32,000 bases of DNA from Crocosphaera subtropica ATCC 51142 (lineage in GTDB: Bacteria; Cyanobacteriota; Cyanobacteriia; Cyanobacteriales; Microcystaceae), in contig NC_010547.1 of the NCBI RefSeq assembly GCF_000017845.1, positions 270,001 to 302,000 on the forward strand. The letters are read 5' to 3'. Both the position numbers and the translations under genes were made by a program. Shown one piece after another: positions 31,045 to 32,000 of this stretch (position 1 is the first letter of the stretch; the number at the start of each line of letters is the position of its first letter). The notes under the pieces are model-generated. The model was not told the origin of the DNA. It did not search any database and worked only from the letters and a program-made list of their open reading frames with translations.

Positions 31045-31305
31045 ATGAACTGGTATTTAGTATCTTGTCGTCCGAATAAAAGAGATTTGTTCTTAAAGCA
31101 GTTAGATTTTGAAATTGATAAAAATCAACTTGGAGATTTATTTTTAGAGAAAATATCTCCGAGTGATGCGATGTATAAAGATATGGTACTACTCCAAATT
31201 AGTGATCTTTCATCAGCCCGAATCCATCTTAAGAAAATTGAGCAGTTTCAAAAAATAGAAGCAAGGGCTTTATCAGAACGTCAAGTTCAACAATTTTTAG
31301 GATAA
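31045..31305 (+). CDS. Small NusG/RfaH N-terminal (NGN)-like protein without a KOW domain
   Basis: MNWYLVSCRPNKRDLFLKQL resembles the NGN opening (WY.v.c....e......L). A hydrophobic core follows (YKDMVLLQISD). Confidence 0.4.
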   Translation: MNWYLVSCRPNKRDLFLKQLDFEIDKNQLGDLFLEKISPSDAMYKDMVLLQISDLSSARIHLKKIEQFQKIEARALSERQVQQFLG

Positions 31306-31339
31306 CAAAATAAAAACATTCTTATTGCTTGATATTCAC

Positions 31340-31447
31340 TATAGCGTTTCTCGGACTCATGAGGTACACTTAACTCCTGCCTCCTGCCTCCTGCCCCCTG
31401 CCTCAAAGGGATAACCTTTGTACCTCACAAGTATGAGAATTGCTATA
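31340..31447. repeat. MITE-like palindromic element with a central CTCCTGC heptamer repeat
   Basis: The arms are imperfect 29-nt inverted repeats: tatagcgtttctcggactcatgaggtaca (31340-31368) and tgtacctcacaagtatgagaattgctata (31419-31447). The core is ctcctgc ctcctgc ctcctgc cccctgc. It lies between convergent genes. Confidence 0.55.
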
Positions 31448-31471
31448 TTCTAACCTATTAATTTAACTTAA

Positions 31472-31903
31472 TTATTCTTTCAAGTTATTTCTGAATAATT
31501 CCAAAAATTGACTAATAGTTAAAATTGGTATTTTTTCAAATTCTTTTAAAACTAATAAGTCTTTATCTCCAGATATAATTACGTCCACAGGAATTGTTAC
31601 GGCCGTTTCTAAGACAATTTTATCTTGAGGATCTCGTAAGTCGGAAATAGAAGATAAGGGCTTTGGTTGACATAGTAAGGTGATTTTTCTGACTTCTTCT
31701 AATATCTCATCTCTAGTAATTTCTAATTGTGTCAACCTCCGTTCAAGCTTAGCATATTTTAAAGTTTTTTCTAGCTCATCTAATAAAGGAGACGAAATAT
31801 AAATAACAATTTTATTTTGTTGTGCTAACAGAATAATATCTCTGGCTTGTCCACCCCAAAGTAATCCAGAGATCCATATATTAGTATCAAGTAAAACTTT
31901 CAT
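31472..31903 (-). CDS. PIN-domain toxin (PIN_3 / TIGR00305-like)
   Basis: MKVLLDTNIWISGLLWGG ... DPQDKIVLETAV ... VIISGDKDLL carries the conserved acidic residues of PIN nucleases. Its ATG overlaps the upstream ORF stop as ATGA. Confidence 0.85.
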   Translation of the reverse strand: MKVLLDTNIWISGLLWGGQARDIILLAQQNKIVIYISSPLLDELEKTLKYAKLERRLTQLEITRDEILEEVRKITLLCQPKPLSSISDLRDPQDKIVLETAVTIPVDVIISGDKDLLVLKEFEKIPILTISQFLELFRNNLKE

Positions 31904-32000
31904 TTTTGAGTTAAACTATGTCTAACTTCTTTAACCATGCTTGTTATTTTTTCCATTGATGGTTGTGATGGGTCTTCTCCTAACTCATCTATTTTTTCAA
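31900..32000 (-). CDS. Probable cognate antitoxin, 3' end only (continues beyond the window)
   Basis: I translated this frame by hand to the window edge: ...EKIDELGEDPSQPSMEKITSMVKEVRHSLTQK. The stop TGA at 31900-31902 overlaps the PIN start codon. Confidence 0.45.
   Translation of the reverse strand, partial: EKIDELGEDPSQPSMEKITSMVKEVRHSLTQK

Overview
The window is cyanobacterial DNA. The HIP1 octamer GCGATCGC occurs at 203, 1514, 3168, 3750, 10035, 15411, 15565, 23326, 23642, 23792, 24357, 25340, 25519, 27456, 28326, 28587 and 29595. The gene content looks like a plasmid or a mosaic of mobile elements.

Layout, left to right:
1. 1-5.7 kb: the tail of a ParB-like gene, a minus-strand operon hicA-hicB-GNAT-xseA-xseB, a tyrosine recombinase, a hypothetical DNA-binding protein and a small XRE regulator.
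2. 5.7-15.1 kb: a cell-envelope gene cluster. It encodes a CHASE2 sensor with a degenerate kinase-like tail, a DUF928 exported protein, an exported TPR-CHAT caspase-like protease, a DUF3598-like protein, a TpsA-type haemagglutinin-like exoprotein and a 5'-truncated TpsB transporter.
3. 15.1-22.3 kb: a very AT-rich block of same-strand small ORFs. I found no HIP1 site in it, and many of the ORFs are membrane proteins with no recognisable family.
4. 22.3-26.3 kb: a long repeat-rich and structured non-coding region, followed by a roughly 1033-aa CyRepA/DUF3854-type TOPRIM plus P-loop plasmid replication protein. This protein carries an in-frame heptamer-repeat segment.
5. 27.4-30.9 kb: an RNB-family exoribonuclease gene with dsRBD-like C-terminal domains, split by a roughly 1.58-kb IS200/IS605-type element.
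6. 31-32 kb: an NGN-like small protein, a MITE-like palindromic element and a PIN toxin with the end of its antitoxin.

The strongest candidate system is the element that splits the RNB gene. It carries an apparently intact IscB nuclease (PLMP, split RuvC, HNH) preceded by a roughly 230-nt structured non-coding leader that fits an omega RNA (HEARO). The CHASE2/DUF928/CHAT/DUF3598/TpsA/TpsB cluster and the AT-rich island are the main candidates for uncharacterised biology. All calls rest on reading the sequence and on remembered family motifs. No searches were run.
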